Assembly (NCBI GenBank): GCA_973895155.1
Contig: OZ316894.1
Coordinates: forward strand, 62,001-126,000
Length of the DNA stretch: 64,000 nt
Direction: 5' to 3'
Source of the DNA: Marsupella aquatica
Lineage: Eukaryota; Plantae; Marchantiophyta
In this document: positions 24,890 to 38,000 of the stretch, in pieces
Numbering within the stretch: the stretch's first letter is position 1
Layout of the letters: each line of letters begins with the position of its first letter
Position numbers and translations under genes: made by a program
The notes under the pieces: generated by a model
Seen by the model: only the letters and a program-made list of their open reading frames with translations
Database searches by the model: none
What the model was told of the DNA's origin: nothing

Positions 24890-27589
24890 CGCACTCACAT
24901 TAATGTTTGTCGTGGTAGAAGAGCAGAGAGCCAGAGCCAGGCACTCTTTCAGTCCCACTTTGTCTTGGCTTGGGTTTGTTACTTACTATGCTCCATGTTG
25001 ACGACATTGCCTACTCCTTGTTCCTCCTCAAACCCAATGACATCAGACTTTTAACATGACGGGTTTTTCAGTTAGAACTGGGGATAGGAGAAAAAATTGT
25101 CTTTAATCAATGCAAATGATCAGAACAGCCACACATTCAAGCACATAATTATATACAAGCCATCCAGATAGTGCACTTGTGATGCTCGTTGAACTCAAAC
25201 TGCCATCGGAAGCTATGGACAAAATGCTTGACAGAATTACACAATCACTTGTTATACATAGTTGATATATTCCTGAATTTATTTTTCCTGTCCACTTGGA
25301 AATTGCACAGATTAACAGAAGTATCCATGAAGGTCTGTCATCGTAGAAAGAGATTTCCAGCAAAAACTTGTAAGAAAATTGCAAGACGTGAGGTGCTCAA
25401 CAGTTTTTTGTGTCTTGGCCAGTCTTGGGAGGCCATAGGCATTAGTCTATTTGCAGGACATTTGTTAGCTTTTTTGGGTTTGCATAGATTACGGTACGGT
25501 GGCTATAGAGAGCAAATTGCCCGCCATTGCTTGCGGATATGAAGGAAATGCTAAGTCGAGCAGCAATTCCAACCAGAAGAGAGAAGAGACGGGTACAAAG
25601 GAAGATAGCAGGAGAGCTAGAACTATAATGCAACAGAAGTGGCAGTAAGTTAATTTGAAGGCTGCTTTCACGCTCTGTCAAAAAATATGAAAAAGTTTTG
25701 TCTCGGTATGGACATCCAACGACAACTGCTCCAAAGATCTCCTCTCAAGGCACTTGACAAACATGCCGTAGTGAATGACTACAAAGCAAACTTTGACCCG
25801 TGTAACCAACCAGACTTCAAGCAGTTGGAATCTATCTACATCAAATGGGGCGACCCGGTGATCTATGAATTTATCAAGTTCATTGAGGTGCCGGTGGGTA
25901 AATTTACTCGGGCTAAGCTAGCCTCCGATATTGAGCATCATCACATTTCAGCTCTGGTGGAATCCACACTCAAGATTTTCCCAACGGCTTAGTGACTCCG
26001 AGGTGTCTACTATCCTCTTCGACTACGTGGGCAGGAATCTGCGGTCAGTGTTGTTTTTGCTTCTCCTACAGGCACTTACCGGCCGCGTGTTCTGCATCAC
26101 GGCCCCATTATTTTGACAACCTGGTAACACAATTCAACATTCGTGAAGCAGGAACTCGACATCCCACACATCAAAAGGAACGGCTGGATTGCGAGGTCCT
26201 ACAAGTGTGCCAAGGGGTGGAGTATAAGGCAAGGCAGAAGGCAGCTTTTTGGCAGGCGTAGGATGAGGAGCAGCAACAACGGGAGGAAGCTGAATTACAA
26301 CACCTGGCATTACGGGCCCAAGAGTTTGAGGCGGATGGGGCATAGACCCGGGTGTGGATTAGCATTGAGTCTAGAGAGTAAATAATATATCACAACTGTA
26401 CAGAGTGAATTAGTTCTAATCAGGAAGCTTGGTCTTCTTTAATTTGTATCTCATTTCCCACGTCCAAAATTGAATGGTGACACATTTGATGCTAACGGAG
26501 TTTAAAGGTTTCAACATGAAAGCTATGGGAGTCTACGGTTTAACCGGAAATGTTATGGGAGCCTCCACTTTAACCAGAAATGTTGTGGGAGTCCATATGC
26601 TGAAACTTGGAGACATACCATGCATCGCATGTGAGACACAGCCTTTACATAAGAGTCTTGTATGGTGGGTTGGACAGTGAAGGCAATTTGGGTCCTAGGA
26701 GTGTCTGAATGGAGTTGCGACACAGATGGAGGTGAGTAGCAAGGCATGAATACCTCAACCATGGATGTTGTACAGAAGAGAAGCTCCATCACTGCACACT
26801 TGGCCTGAAACCACGCCACGCCACTGCCACCAGTAAGCATAAAAAACGCAACCATTCGGAAACGCCTTTGCTCGAAGACTGCATCCGACAATGACTCTAA
26901 TCCATCACTTGTTGCAATTATTGACGACGTCAGTATGCCATCCAAGCGACGCAAGATTCAAGATGCAGATTGAAGGGAATTTGGAGGTGGCGAGCACAGT
27001 CAAGGACCAGATTGAAGGCCAGCAACAAGAATTCTCGAAGGCCAATGCTTCCCGACCAAAATACCAACCCAACAATAATGCAGAAGGGAATTTGAAGGTG
27101 ACGAGCACATTAAAGAACCAGATTGAAGGCTGGTACAGGAATTCTAGAAGCATTGACCAAGCTTTGTTTCCTTTGTATTTCTCACGAACCTAATTGAATG
27201 GTGACACTTTTGATGCTAACGGAGTCCAATGGTTTCAACATGAATGTTATAGCTGCAAAAGACTTTTATTGGAAATGTTATGGGAGTGCGGGACTACAAG
27301 TGAGTCACAATGAATGCTAGTGGTGTATGAACACTTAAAAAATAATGTTATGGGAGCCTACGGCAACCACCCGTAAGTCACCCTAATCAATACTAGCGGA
27401 GTTTAAAGGTTTTGATAATAATGTTGTGGGAGTCCAAATGTTGAAACGTTGAGACCGTGCACTGCATGTAGGAGACCATGCACCGCGCTCCCTAAATACC
27501 CTGAAATGGCCTGAAGACCGGCCTCATTGCACGCGCTGTGCAGAGAAGATATATACAGGTGAACTAGGGTTGATTTGGGAGGCAGAGGA

Positions 27590-29290
27590 TGGATACTAGC
27601 AGGGTGAATGGTGCGCGGGTTTGATGCCATCAGGGCTCACGGTGGGATCGCCGCACTATGTGGGGTGTCGTGATCATGAGTTCACGTTTTGAGAATGGCA
27701 AGATCAGAGTTCATCCCTTTGTGTTTTGCATGGCCGAGGCAGGGAGCCACAACGAAGAAGGGAAGGGTTTAGGGAAAAGCCCTAAACCCTAAACACAAAA
27801 CCCTAACTGGGAAGGCTGAGTGGTGCCCTGGTTTGATACCATCGGGGCTCGTGATGAGATTGCTGCATTATGTGGGGTTCTGATCATGAGTTGACATTTC
27901 GAGAATGGCAGGATTGGAGTTATCCCTTTGTGTGTGCGAGGCCGGGGCAGGGAGCCATGACGAAGAAGGTAAGGGTTTAGGGAAAACCCCTAAACACGTA
28001 AACACAGAACCCTAACCGCCGGGAAGGCTGAGGGGTGCCCTGGTTTTCTGCCATGAATGGAGTTTGAGGTAATTCCAGGTTCGGGCAACCCTAATAAACC
28101 CTAAACTTCGGGCGGGTGTGTGCTGGCCAGCCGCACAGGGAGAGGCTCTACGCGATAGTCGTGCAGCGGGGAGGTGGAAGAAGGCAAAGATGGGACTAGT
28201 ACACTAGTGGTGGTAGTGTAGTTTTGTGGAGGGCGTTCGTGTTCTCTAAGGCGAGTGCTGTGCCCATGGAGTGAACATGGGTTGAGGGTCTAGGGTCACG
28301 TGTCCTGGTTGCTGTAAAGCCAGGAATCGGGTGTTGCAAAATTAGATGGCGGGCAAATGATTGAGTGTTACGGAATTGGCCAGAAAGAGGCTAGGTGAAT
28401 CCCGTGAGTGAATTTCCAGGAGAGGCAGAGGTGAGGCAGTCCACAGTGGCCACAGCGTATGGAGAGGCTCTACGTGATAGATGGCAGGGTAGGCAGAGTT
28501 GCTGCAAGGGGAGTACGGGAAGAAGGCCTTAGTGCTATCCGGGCTCCCGAAGCAGTGACGTTTGAAGAATGGTGCAGGGATTGATTTACTTTGTATTTTC
28601 ATGGCACGACTGTCTTTTTTGGGCGTTCGTGGCAAGAAGAACACGAAACTATGGTAAACCCTAAACCGTAAACGGTAAACCCTGAACCGGAAACGGTAAA
28701 CCCAATAAACATAAACGTGAGTTGGCATTTGGAGGATGACAAGATTGTAGTTGATCCGTTGGTGAATTGGGGGCCGTGGGAGGGAGCCACGAGGAACAGC
28801 CCAAGGGTAAGGGAACCCTAAAATAAACCCTAAATGACGGGGAGGGAGGGTGGGCAGAGTTGATGCGAGGGGAGTATGGGAAGAAGGCCTTAGTGCTATC
28901 CGGGCTCCCGAAGCAGTGAGTTTTAAAGAATGGCGCGGGGATCGACTTGCTTTGTAATGTTGGTTCCTTTGTATTTTAGGGGGCCGTGGGAGGGAGCCAC
29001 AAGGAACAGCACAAGGGTAAGGGAACCCTAAAATAAACCCTAAATGACGGGGAGGGAGGGTGCGCAGAGTTGATGCGAGGGGAGTATGGAAAGAAGGCCT
29101 TAGTGCTATCCGGGCTCCCGAAGCAGTGAGTTTTAAAGAATGGTGCGGGGATCGACTTGCTTTGTAATGTTGGTTCCTTTGTATTTTCATGGCGGGACGG
29201 TCTTTTTTGGGCACTCGTGGCAAAAAGACCACGAAAAAGACCGCAAAGACCGGGCATTGCGATTGCTGGGCTGCACGAAAATGTATATAG
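27590..29290 (-). mobile_element. Non-autonomous repeat-family copy A (Helitron-like), rich in AAACCCT motifs, with internal duplications
   Basis: Collinear with 43465-45137 and 45665-45956. All copies end at ...gctgggctgcacgaaaatgtatata. Internal duplication at about 28770-28975 / 28980-29185. Confidence 0.6.
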
Positions 29291-29790
29291 GGTTGCACAC
29301 GCCCCCATGTGCACGCACCCCCAAAACTGGGGGCCACCCTCACCCTCAACCCCCATGGAACCCCTCCCCCACCCTCACCCCCAGCTTGTTACACCCCCAA
29401 TGCTCAATTAGGGTTGCACACGCCCCCATGTGCATGCACCCCCAAAACTGGGGGCCACCCTCACCCTCAACCCCCATGGAACCCCTCCCCCACCCTCACC
29501 CCCAGCTCGTTACACCCCCAATGCTCAATTAGGGTTGCACACGCCCCCATGTGCACGCACCCCCAAAACTGGGGGCCACCCTCACCCTCAACCCCCATGG
29601 AACCCCTCCCCCACCCTCAACCCCAGCTCGTTACACCCCCAATGCTCAATTAGGGTTGCACACGCCCCCATGTGCATGCACCCCCAAAACTGGGGGCCAC
29701 CCTCACCCTCAACCCCCATGGAACCCCTCCCCCACCCTCACCCCCAGCTCATTACACCCCTAAAAGCTACAATAGGGTGGCACTCGCCCC
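29288..29790 (+). repeat. C-rich tandem array, 121 bp x about 4
   Basis: tagggttgcacacgcccccatgtgca at 29288, 29409, 29530 and 29651. Confidence 0.95.
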
Positions 29791-30573
29791 CTAGTACACG
29801 CACCCCAAAAATTGGGGGGTACCCCCACCTCTAACCCCTCCAAAATGCGCACACAACAAACTGGGGGTGAGACTCACCCCCAATATTCAATAATCATACC
29901 AGTACTTAAAAAACTGGTATGCCACATGTGAAAACTGGGGATGACACTCTAAACCTTAAACCCTAAACCTCAAGTTGCGAGAGCCTAGTATTATGGTCCA
30001 AAATGTTATGGTATCACAGATTATTATGATGACATAGTTTTACAAATCTTAATGAAAGTATAGGAGAAATTACCTCATGCATACAAATCTGATTTTATAA
30101 TGTTCTTCATAATGACCAGGAAAATAAGGGCCTTTAGCTTGGGTTTTGAGAGGCTAATATGGTCCATAATGTTCTGCTAGCTAGCAGACATTAAAACACT
30201 TAAGAGATATTTTCACTAAGTTTAGAACATTAATTCATGAACCCAAGGCACAGTTTTGTTTATGTTAGTTGATTTTGGCATTGGATGGCACTATATTCAA
30301 CCAATAAATTGCCCTGGGCACTCAATTTGAGTTGAGAAGACACAATTGAGAAATCTGCTTTTCTCAACAAGGAACCCTAAGCTTTCTAGTAGCTGAGTCC
30401 TCTTTGTAGAATATTTGTCGCTGGATTTGTCAAATGAATGTACTTTCAAATAATTGGAAATTCTAGAGATGTCACTGAAGTCTGACTTTGGCAAGTTTTG
30501 AATTAGAGGTTAATAGCCTCATGACCTTGACGCAACTATTCACCAAATGGAGAAGGGCAGCGCTTAAGCTTTC

Positions 30574-30576
<3 letters not shown>

Positions 30577-30637
<61 letters not shown>
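30577..30637 (+). repeat. (AG)30 microsatellite
   Basis: Direct reading. Confidence 0.98.
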
Positions 30638-30640
<3 letters not shown>

Positions 30641-32321
30641 CTGATTGTTGTGTTTGACAAATATGATTGATAGATTTTCACAGCTTGCATTGTTTAGATT
30701 AGATTTTCTCAAGAAATCATTGTGGACCCATTCAGACATGGCCTGAGCAGTTTGACATTTTTTCAACTGTCACAGGAATGCTTTGCTTTCCAGGCCAAAG
30801 TCGACAACATGGTTATCACAAGCAGATGTCAAAATCAAACTTTTTTGGTACATGCAACCAACCAAATTCTCAAGCTAAGAGAGTTAATAGTCAATACTCG
30901 GCAAAAACATTTCAAACCAGTTCAATGTCTGATCAAATGAATTGTATCAATTCACCGAGTTCAAGTTCCGACCATAGTTTGCCTAAATTGCAAAAGGTTG
31001 AAAATCTTACTCCATGTGCCAATTACCCTTTAACATTCAAAAAAGTTATCAAGCTAGTTATTAGTCATTGTTTATTACATGATTTAATTTTTAAAATTGG
31101 ATATGTAACTAAAATGGTTACATAGTGACAGTTTTACCCGTCTTGCTCTTTGCATTTATAAATTTTCACATCCCCTTTTTACTCTAAAATTTCGAAACCC
31201 TAAACCCCAAACCACAAAATTCACAGCCAAGTTGATGCAAACATGAATGAAAACTGCAAATTTGATTCACAAAACGGACAAGTCTTGTTTGTTGTAATTG
31301 TTGTTGACGTGACACCTCTGGTTCCCCCCAGGAATTTTGGAAGGGACCTCTAATGGGGTCCGTAACAACTTTCCTTTTTGGAAGAGTCTAAATTTACAAA
31401 AAAATGATTGGAAATTTAAAGCTCAATAATGTTACTAACAACTCACAACTAGACCCACATACTGGTTTGATTTATTAACAATTATTCTTCCACTACTTTT
31501 GTATTCCTCCACTCTTTTTTAGCCCCTTCAAAAGAGTCGTCCCTCTTCCAGGTGACCCATTTCACCCAAAGGAAAAAGAAATAAAAAAAGAATTAAATTA
31601 AAAAAACCGATAAAACAAAGACATGGAACGCTCCCACACAACAAAGGTCCCTTAAAAAGAATCACCCCTCTTATGAAGCCCCTTGGAAACAGTGTCACAG
31701 GTGAGCCATTTCACCCATGGGAAAAAAGAAAAGAAAAAAAGAGAAAGAAGAAAGAAGGAAAAAACAAACACATTGAAAGTAAGTTGGAGAGAATAAAGAT
31801 AGAGGGAGCCATTGATGATAGTATACTGTGTAGTTCTATTGCCTAAACAAGAACTAATGAGTGTTTGTAGACGGTACCTTGTATTTTTCAAGTAGTATAC
31901 GCAGAATAGTGTGCGAGGAACGTATACGCAGACAAAAAGAAGAAGTTTACCCTAAAGCCCCCACCAGGCCACCACAAAACTGAACTTAAAGTTGTACAGG
32001 AGTTCAGCCAACGGTCAATAATCACTCCTCCACTTACAAATATTATCCTCCGACCCCAACTCTGGGATCCCTCGCGATTCAATGGGCTGGTGCCTGTACT
32101 GCATAGGGTTCATTAACGATGTACTGCGCTAGTCGGTCGGCACCCACGGACCCACCATAACCAGTGGAATAGTAGATGCGTGATTCGGTGATTGTACACC
32201 TACCGTCGGGGAGAACAACAACTTACTGTGAACCTTTCAAGACCCACTCTGAAATATATGAATAGATGAATGTACAACACAATAATCCCGTAATTTTCTC
32301 TCTACAGGACTAGAATTATTG

Positions 32322-33739
32322 GAGGTATATGCTCAATCAACCCCCTTTGGACTGTTTCCTGCTTAATCGACCCCCTATGTTAAAATCTGCCCCAATTGAC
32401 CCCCTATGTTCGAACCTGCCCCAATCGACCCCCTTTGATATGTTTATGGTTCATTACATACCGTGTATTGCAATTGCAGTCTACCTGAACCTGTCCGTGG
32501 GTGCAAGCGACTTGACCAAACCGTCAAATGCTTCATTTAAGGTCGGTCGTGCCATGGTGACGATCAAGGATTTCAGAAATGATGTGAAGACAATACATGT
32601 TATGTCTTCAGGTGTTTCATTATTGAATTAGCCTCATATAACTTGGTCCAAATGTTCATTGTTTCAAATTCTGTCATGATGACTTCTGTTGGTCATGAGG
32701 TTTATTGTATTGAGGGTTATTGGGAAGCTCAGTCTCTTTTTGTTAGAGTTTGCATGCAATCTAGATGACATTGTAGTGGTATGAGGTACACTTAGGACTA
32801 TCAATGTTGGAGATTTTGATGTCATTGTGCATCTCTGGCATAGAGGGGATCTATTTGAAGTGGACATTTTTTAATGTGATATTTTATCACTACAAGATAG
32901 AGCGTGCCCAAAAGCAAGACTCAATTGCACGTGGGTTTACGATAACTGATGGGAAAGCCTATAAGAAAGTTTGTAAGAATTTGGTGTTGTCATCAATTGT
33001 TGTTGATATGTTTATTCTAGTGAGTACAATACACTTTGTTGAGAGTACATAATGCAGAGTGTCTTAGTTCAATTGCTCGTAATGGAAGCAAAGGGCAACT
33101 CAAATTCAAACACTAAACCCTAAACACTTCGAGGATTTTGGAGAATTTTACAGGTGTTTGGATTCTTGGCTGTCATAATGGTCTTGTGGCATAAAGATTG
33201 GAAACATTTTGAAATAATTTCTGAATGCAATTGTGCTGATTTAGCAAATTAATCGGTGTCAAAGAGATCCAGCAGGGCATTTTCTGTGAGTGAGATCCAA
33301 ACATAGATTTGTCTCTAGTGGAATGCACTCATAAAGATTCTCAACAAAGCAACTATATAGGAACATTACGGAGATAGCAGCCCAGTTTTATTACCTCTAA
33401 ACTTCAGACAAATGGAGACCCCTAAATGTTTGAAGACCATACTAGTTTTGTCTTCAAACACAAAAGTATCCATGACTGCGTCCGGTATCATTCGATTCTT
33501 ATCATTGGTGGATTGTGGTGGCCCACTCTTATTTCGACATAATTGCAGCATACCACGGACGAGACCATGGGCTCATATAATAGAAAATTAGAGTTTACGG
33601 TGATAAAGTCTCCCTATACTGCTCTTCCCAAGAATTATATGTAAGAAATTGTCAGAGGGGGCCGATTAGGGCAGATCTGAACATAGGGGGTTGATTAAAT
33701 AAGAAACAGTCCAGAGGGGGTCGATTAAGCATATACCTC
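32322..33739. mobile_element. Non-autonomous Mutator-like element (MULE), 1418 bp
   Basis: About 90-120-bp TIRs (GAGGTATATGCT.AATC.ACCCCCT.TGGACTGTTTC...) and a perfect 9-bp TSD GAATTATTG at 32313-32321 and 33740-33748. Confidence 0.92.
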
Positions 33740-34372
33740 GAATTATTGCTGTTAGGTTTGTCACAGATCCACTAAATTTTGAATGACGAGAATTTTACCC
33801 AGGGAGGTTTCATGATGATACATCGATATTGTCAATCGTGGTAAATAGAAAAACCTTCCCGGCGGCCGCCGCCGCCACTGAGGATGTAGTCACTTGTAGT
33901 GCGAGTCGTCAAATGACCGCACTCCTCCCGCCCCACTCCTACACAATAATACATACTCCCCAAGTACGATAGAACTACGGGGAATATATTTCGAGAGTAC
34001 AATTTTGTGAATTATGAACTGCCGTTTCCCGCCCTAAACCATAAACTCGCATCCAAGCCGCCCAAAAATTATCCCGACTCCATGCGCCAGTCCGAGTCTG
34101 CCTGTCCTGCAAAATCGAAGACTGAGGATTTTGATCCTTCAAACGAACTGATCAAGCCCCCGTGCGTGACTTTTGCAATCCCTCCATTTTCTCAGGCAGG
34201 GAGGACCGAACCCAATCACAACCGAAGCGAGGATTTTCAGCAAGTCTTTCCATGATCCCTGCCTTGCTAGCTGATCATCTTAGTGTTCCTTAGTACTCTT
34301 AGTGTTCCTTGACACTCTAGTCACTTGATAGGCAGGATATGGTTCTCGAGAAGGTGACCTCCGGAAAATAGC

Positions 34373-35039
34373 ATGAGATGTCTCGAAAATCAAAGGTGGG
34401 AGGGGAGGGGGCCGTCCTTCAATTGGGCCTTACAGGATCGGGTGCACAAGATCCGCGAGCCGCAACACGCGGAATATCTCCAGCAGACCGGACTTGCCGA
34501 CTTTGTGGTGGAGGTTTGCTGGGATACAAAAATTTATCCGAACTCGAATATGATACAGTTCATACAGAACTATGACCACAAAAAATCAAAAACCTCTGTC
34601 AGAGGTCACCCAATTGATTTGAGCATGGAAAATATTTGGAAGACTTTCCGACTGGAGGGGGGGGCCGCCGTTAGACGCTAAAGTGACTAATTACACTCCC
34701 ACGACGTTCAAGGCTAGAAGGGCCACAAATGGTTCTTACAAGTTGACAGATTGCAAGCACACTGTCGTCCGAGAAAGGTTGGCATTCCAATTCGCAGCTA
34801 TTCATATTCGGCCAGCGAAGGGCGAGGCGTATTCTTGCCACATAAAGCAGGTGGAACAGTCGGCTAGACATGATTGGGGTGAAACTTTTGGCGGCAAGCT
34901 CAGTGAATCACTAGGCTTAGCTCATAAGCAGTTCGTGGACGGTAAGATGTCGTCCTACACTTGCCATTTCTTGCCGCATCTTCAAGTCATGCTAAGTGGG
35001 CACACCCCTTGCATCATGTCTTCATCTTCCCCGGCTTGA
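34373..35039 (+). pseudogene. Frameshifted ORF homologous to the N-terminal domain of the SNF2 chimera (TE accessory-ORF-like)
   Basis: QFIQNYDHKKSKTSVRGHPIDLSMENIWKTFRLEGG versus EFVLGFDYASKSSEFRGCSLKITQDVLRAAFKLPSG, and HDWGETFGGKLSESL..K versus PDWSDLVYDELALEISKFKK. ORFs 34373-34681 and 34683-35039 are separated by a stop/frameshift. Confidence 0.55.
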
Positions 35040-38000
35040 GATGCTTCATGTGACGATGAAAGACAGATCACCCTAAACCCCCCGATAGATCCGGCTGTAC
35101 GTGAAGGAGTTGGAGCAAGACATAATGGAAGAGGCGGCCACTGTGAGGATCATAAACTGTGATGACATGTGGCGGGACCGTAAGACATGAGGATCAAAAT
35201 GGGAACACAACCTATGATCAACGGCTGACGTGATAGTCGCCAAATACGCAAAGACAGGGAGGAGCCTCAATGTAACGGCGTCACACTTCCCCAAACTACT
35301 GTACATTCGACCCAAAAGGTTCCAATACCCCCTGCGGACTAAAAGCGAGAACGGAAGTGAACACCTTTGACAGACCACTGGATGGTTCCCCGCCGGGGCT
35401 TCTTCACTGGCCGGTCTTACGGAGTGCAGTGCTCCCTCTACAGTGGTTGAACGTCTCGTTTACCTGTCTGCCATGGTGCCGGCTTCACCAGTTTTTTAGC
35501 ATGTCGATCGTCCTCCGGTTGTTGTCCCCCTTTCGTGGGCCACCCTGTTGTACTGGGTCACTTTGAATGGAATTAAATTTGATGTGTCAAGGCAAAAACT
35601 TTGACAGACCTCGGGATGACTTTGACGGACCACGCGACGATCGTGTGAAAGAACGTGCAGGGAGCTGCCATGACGATTAGTCATGTGCTGGTGTTGGTTG
35701 CAAGTGGATGCGTGTTGAAGTGTCGGCACAGCTATCTCGCTTGTTGTCCGTTGGCTGCAGAATCAGGCCGGCGAAAGTCCGGCTGGAGGATTTGAACCCC
35801 AACATACTTCCCCGCTATGAAACCTTCATCGATCTCATTTGATTTTCACCGGCTTTGATTTTTCACCTGGCATTGAGTATGTCCGATCTTTGCAGGGCCA
35901 CTATCGGTGTTGACACACAGCATAAGAAAGAGCTACAAAGCTTTGATCAGCGGCAGCAATGCTGCGAGTTCAGCCAGTCGATTTCATTGTAAGCGTGGCA
36001 TGACGGTGTGCAGCCCCCCTTAATTTTTTCGTTAGCAGCAAAGGCATCATTGAGCGACCAAAAGCCTACGAATGGGGATGGCTTAGCCACCATCCTAACC
36101 GGATCTTTAGGAGTTAATAAGTGTATGTTTTGCCGTGGGAATCATTATGACCAAAGGACATGGGGATGCGACGCAGATTCACGCTGAGAGCAGGTCGTCC
36201 GAACATGGAAGCTCACGCCACTTTGAAACTGGCAGAACGACGAAGAAAGCATAAGGACAAAGTTTCTCGGGCCTGGGAGCTCATCGCGCGACTTTAGAGT
36301 TTCCAAACTCCCTCACTCCAAACAGCTCTCCAAAATCACGACCTGATCCAAATGGATCGTTGCCTATCAATATATCGGGATGGCTAGCGGTGTGTGCTCC
36401 AAGGTTTCTAAGGTGACGATATCACCTGAGTCGTTATGATGGAAAGACCTACAACATCTCCAAAGCACGGTTGTGCGATATGTTTGGATTACCAGTTGTA
36501 GGGAGGCTGCCACTTGCGTATAAGGTAGAAGCACTGGATAAAGGAGAAACCGCCGCATTTATACAATGGGCGGAGGTTCGGATAAATTGGAGCAAGATTC
36601 AATATGGCTCTATAAATAGCAAGGAGCGCCGGAACTACATCGAGTTCTTCACCAAATGGGTGTTGATTTTTCATCACACTAGCCCCACACAACTCACATT
36701 GCCCAAGGCAGTGCCGGAGGGAGTCTACCAACACGTGCAGGTATAGAAGGCTTGCCTATCCGAGACCATCCATGCGAAGGGATGCCCGAGGTTCCCTTCT
36801 TTAGTGGCATACAAAGTAAGTGTAATCCTGCAAAATAGCTTAGGATTAAAAGATCCTACCTGCGGGACGACACGCCAACAAACAAATCGGACGAGGAAAC
36901 TCCCGTTTCAGCTCGCGCGACGAGGGACGTCGAAGCAGCAAACCGCCACAACAATGACATAAATGTCGAACGTAGATGACGACGGATCCGATGATAAAGC
37001 TGAAGAAGATGAAGAGGATACTAATCTCAGCGGAGTTCTTCAAGAATGAGAACCCAATAATAAGGTGGGTTAGTGCGGCAGCACCAACCAAGGCGTACCT
37101 CTTGGTGTTTGCTCCCACCCACATTGATGAGGAGACGGAGTACGAAGAGGAATCCAGGGGAGGAGTATCGCCAAGAAGATATAGTGGCCCGGAGAAACAC
37201 CGGGGGAAATGAACGAGAGGCGTCTCCGTCAGCGCAATGCCTGGAGAAGGCAGAGGCAAGCACAACGGCGTAGGTCGCACAAAATGAAGTCGACGAGGCT
37301 GGTTTTTGCTCAGCATTTGGAGCCCATTTTGGGATACCATTAGACCCACCCACAAAAGGTACAACTGACTGAGACCGTAGAAGAAGAATATTGATCCCGC
37401 ACATTGCTCCACTTAGCTGATCATTCAAGGTTGTGAGGTTTCATTGTACTCAATGCATTCAGGAATGCATTATTTTTGCTCAAATCCTCGTGCGACTAAA
37501 CAACAGGGACATAAAGCAATTCCCAATTTCAAACCCCTCGACTTCACGCGTGACACATTCAATCACATCTTCCTGGCCTTTCTCCAGACGGCATGCCTGA
37601 GTGCCATTTTGACAGCTGCTCCGACAGAGGTTGACAAAGTTTGTATAGTCTATTTGGAGGATCCGGGTACCTAGGTAGCTTATTGAGATCGCATTCCATT
37701 TCCCAATGGCCACTTACAGACAACGTCTGTGGACTCGGATTGCAAAGATTGTTGTAGTAGTTCTGAGGAGGGTAATCATCCTCAGATCGAGGGTGCTGAT
37801 GGTATTTGTCTGAGCGTACGTGGCTATCAGTATCATTCTTTATGTGGTGAGCATCGCCCCTAAACCCTAAAAGGAATGGATGACAGCCACAGCTTCTTTA
37901 GTGTTGTCGACTTGCTTGCACTGGTTACTGCAGCATCCAATATTCAATCGTCAAAATGTAGGTGTTCTAGCAGGTTAATTAGTTCAATTGGCAGTGTTGC

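Noticed and set aside
28342-29834. 335-aa and overlapping Pro-rich ORFs
   Set aside because: They are translations of internal duplications and the 121-bp array, and the homologous copies at 44-46 kb do not keep one frame.
30472-30766. SLSL / ERER ORFs
   Set aside because: Translations of the (AG)n microsatellite.
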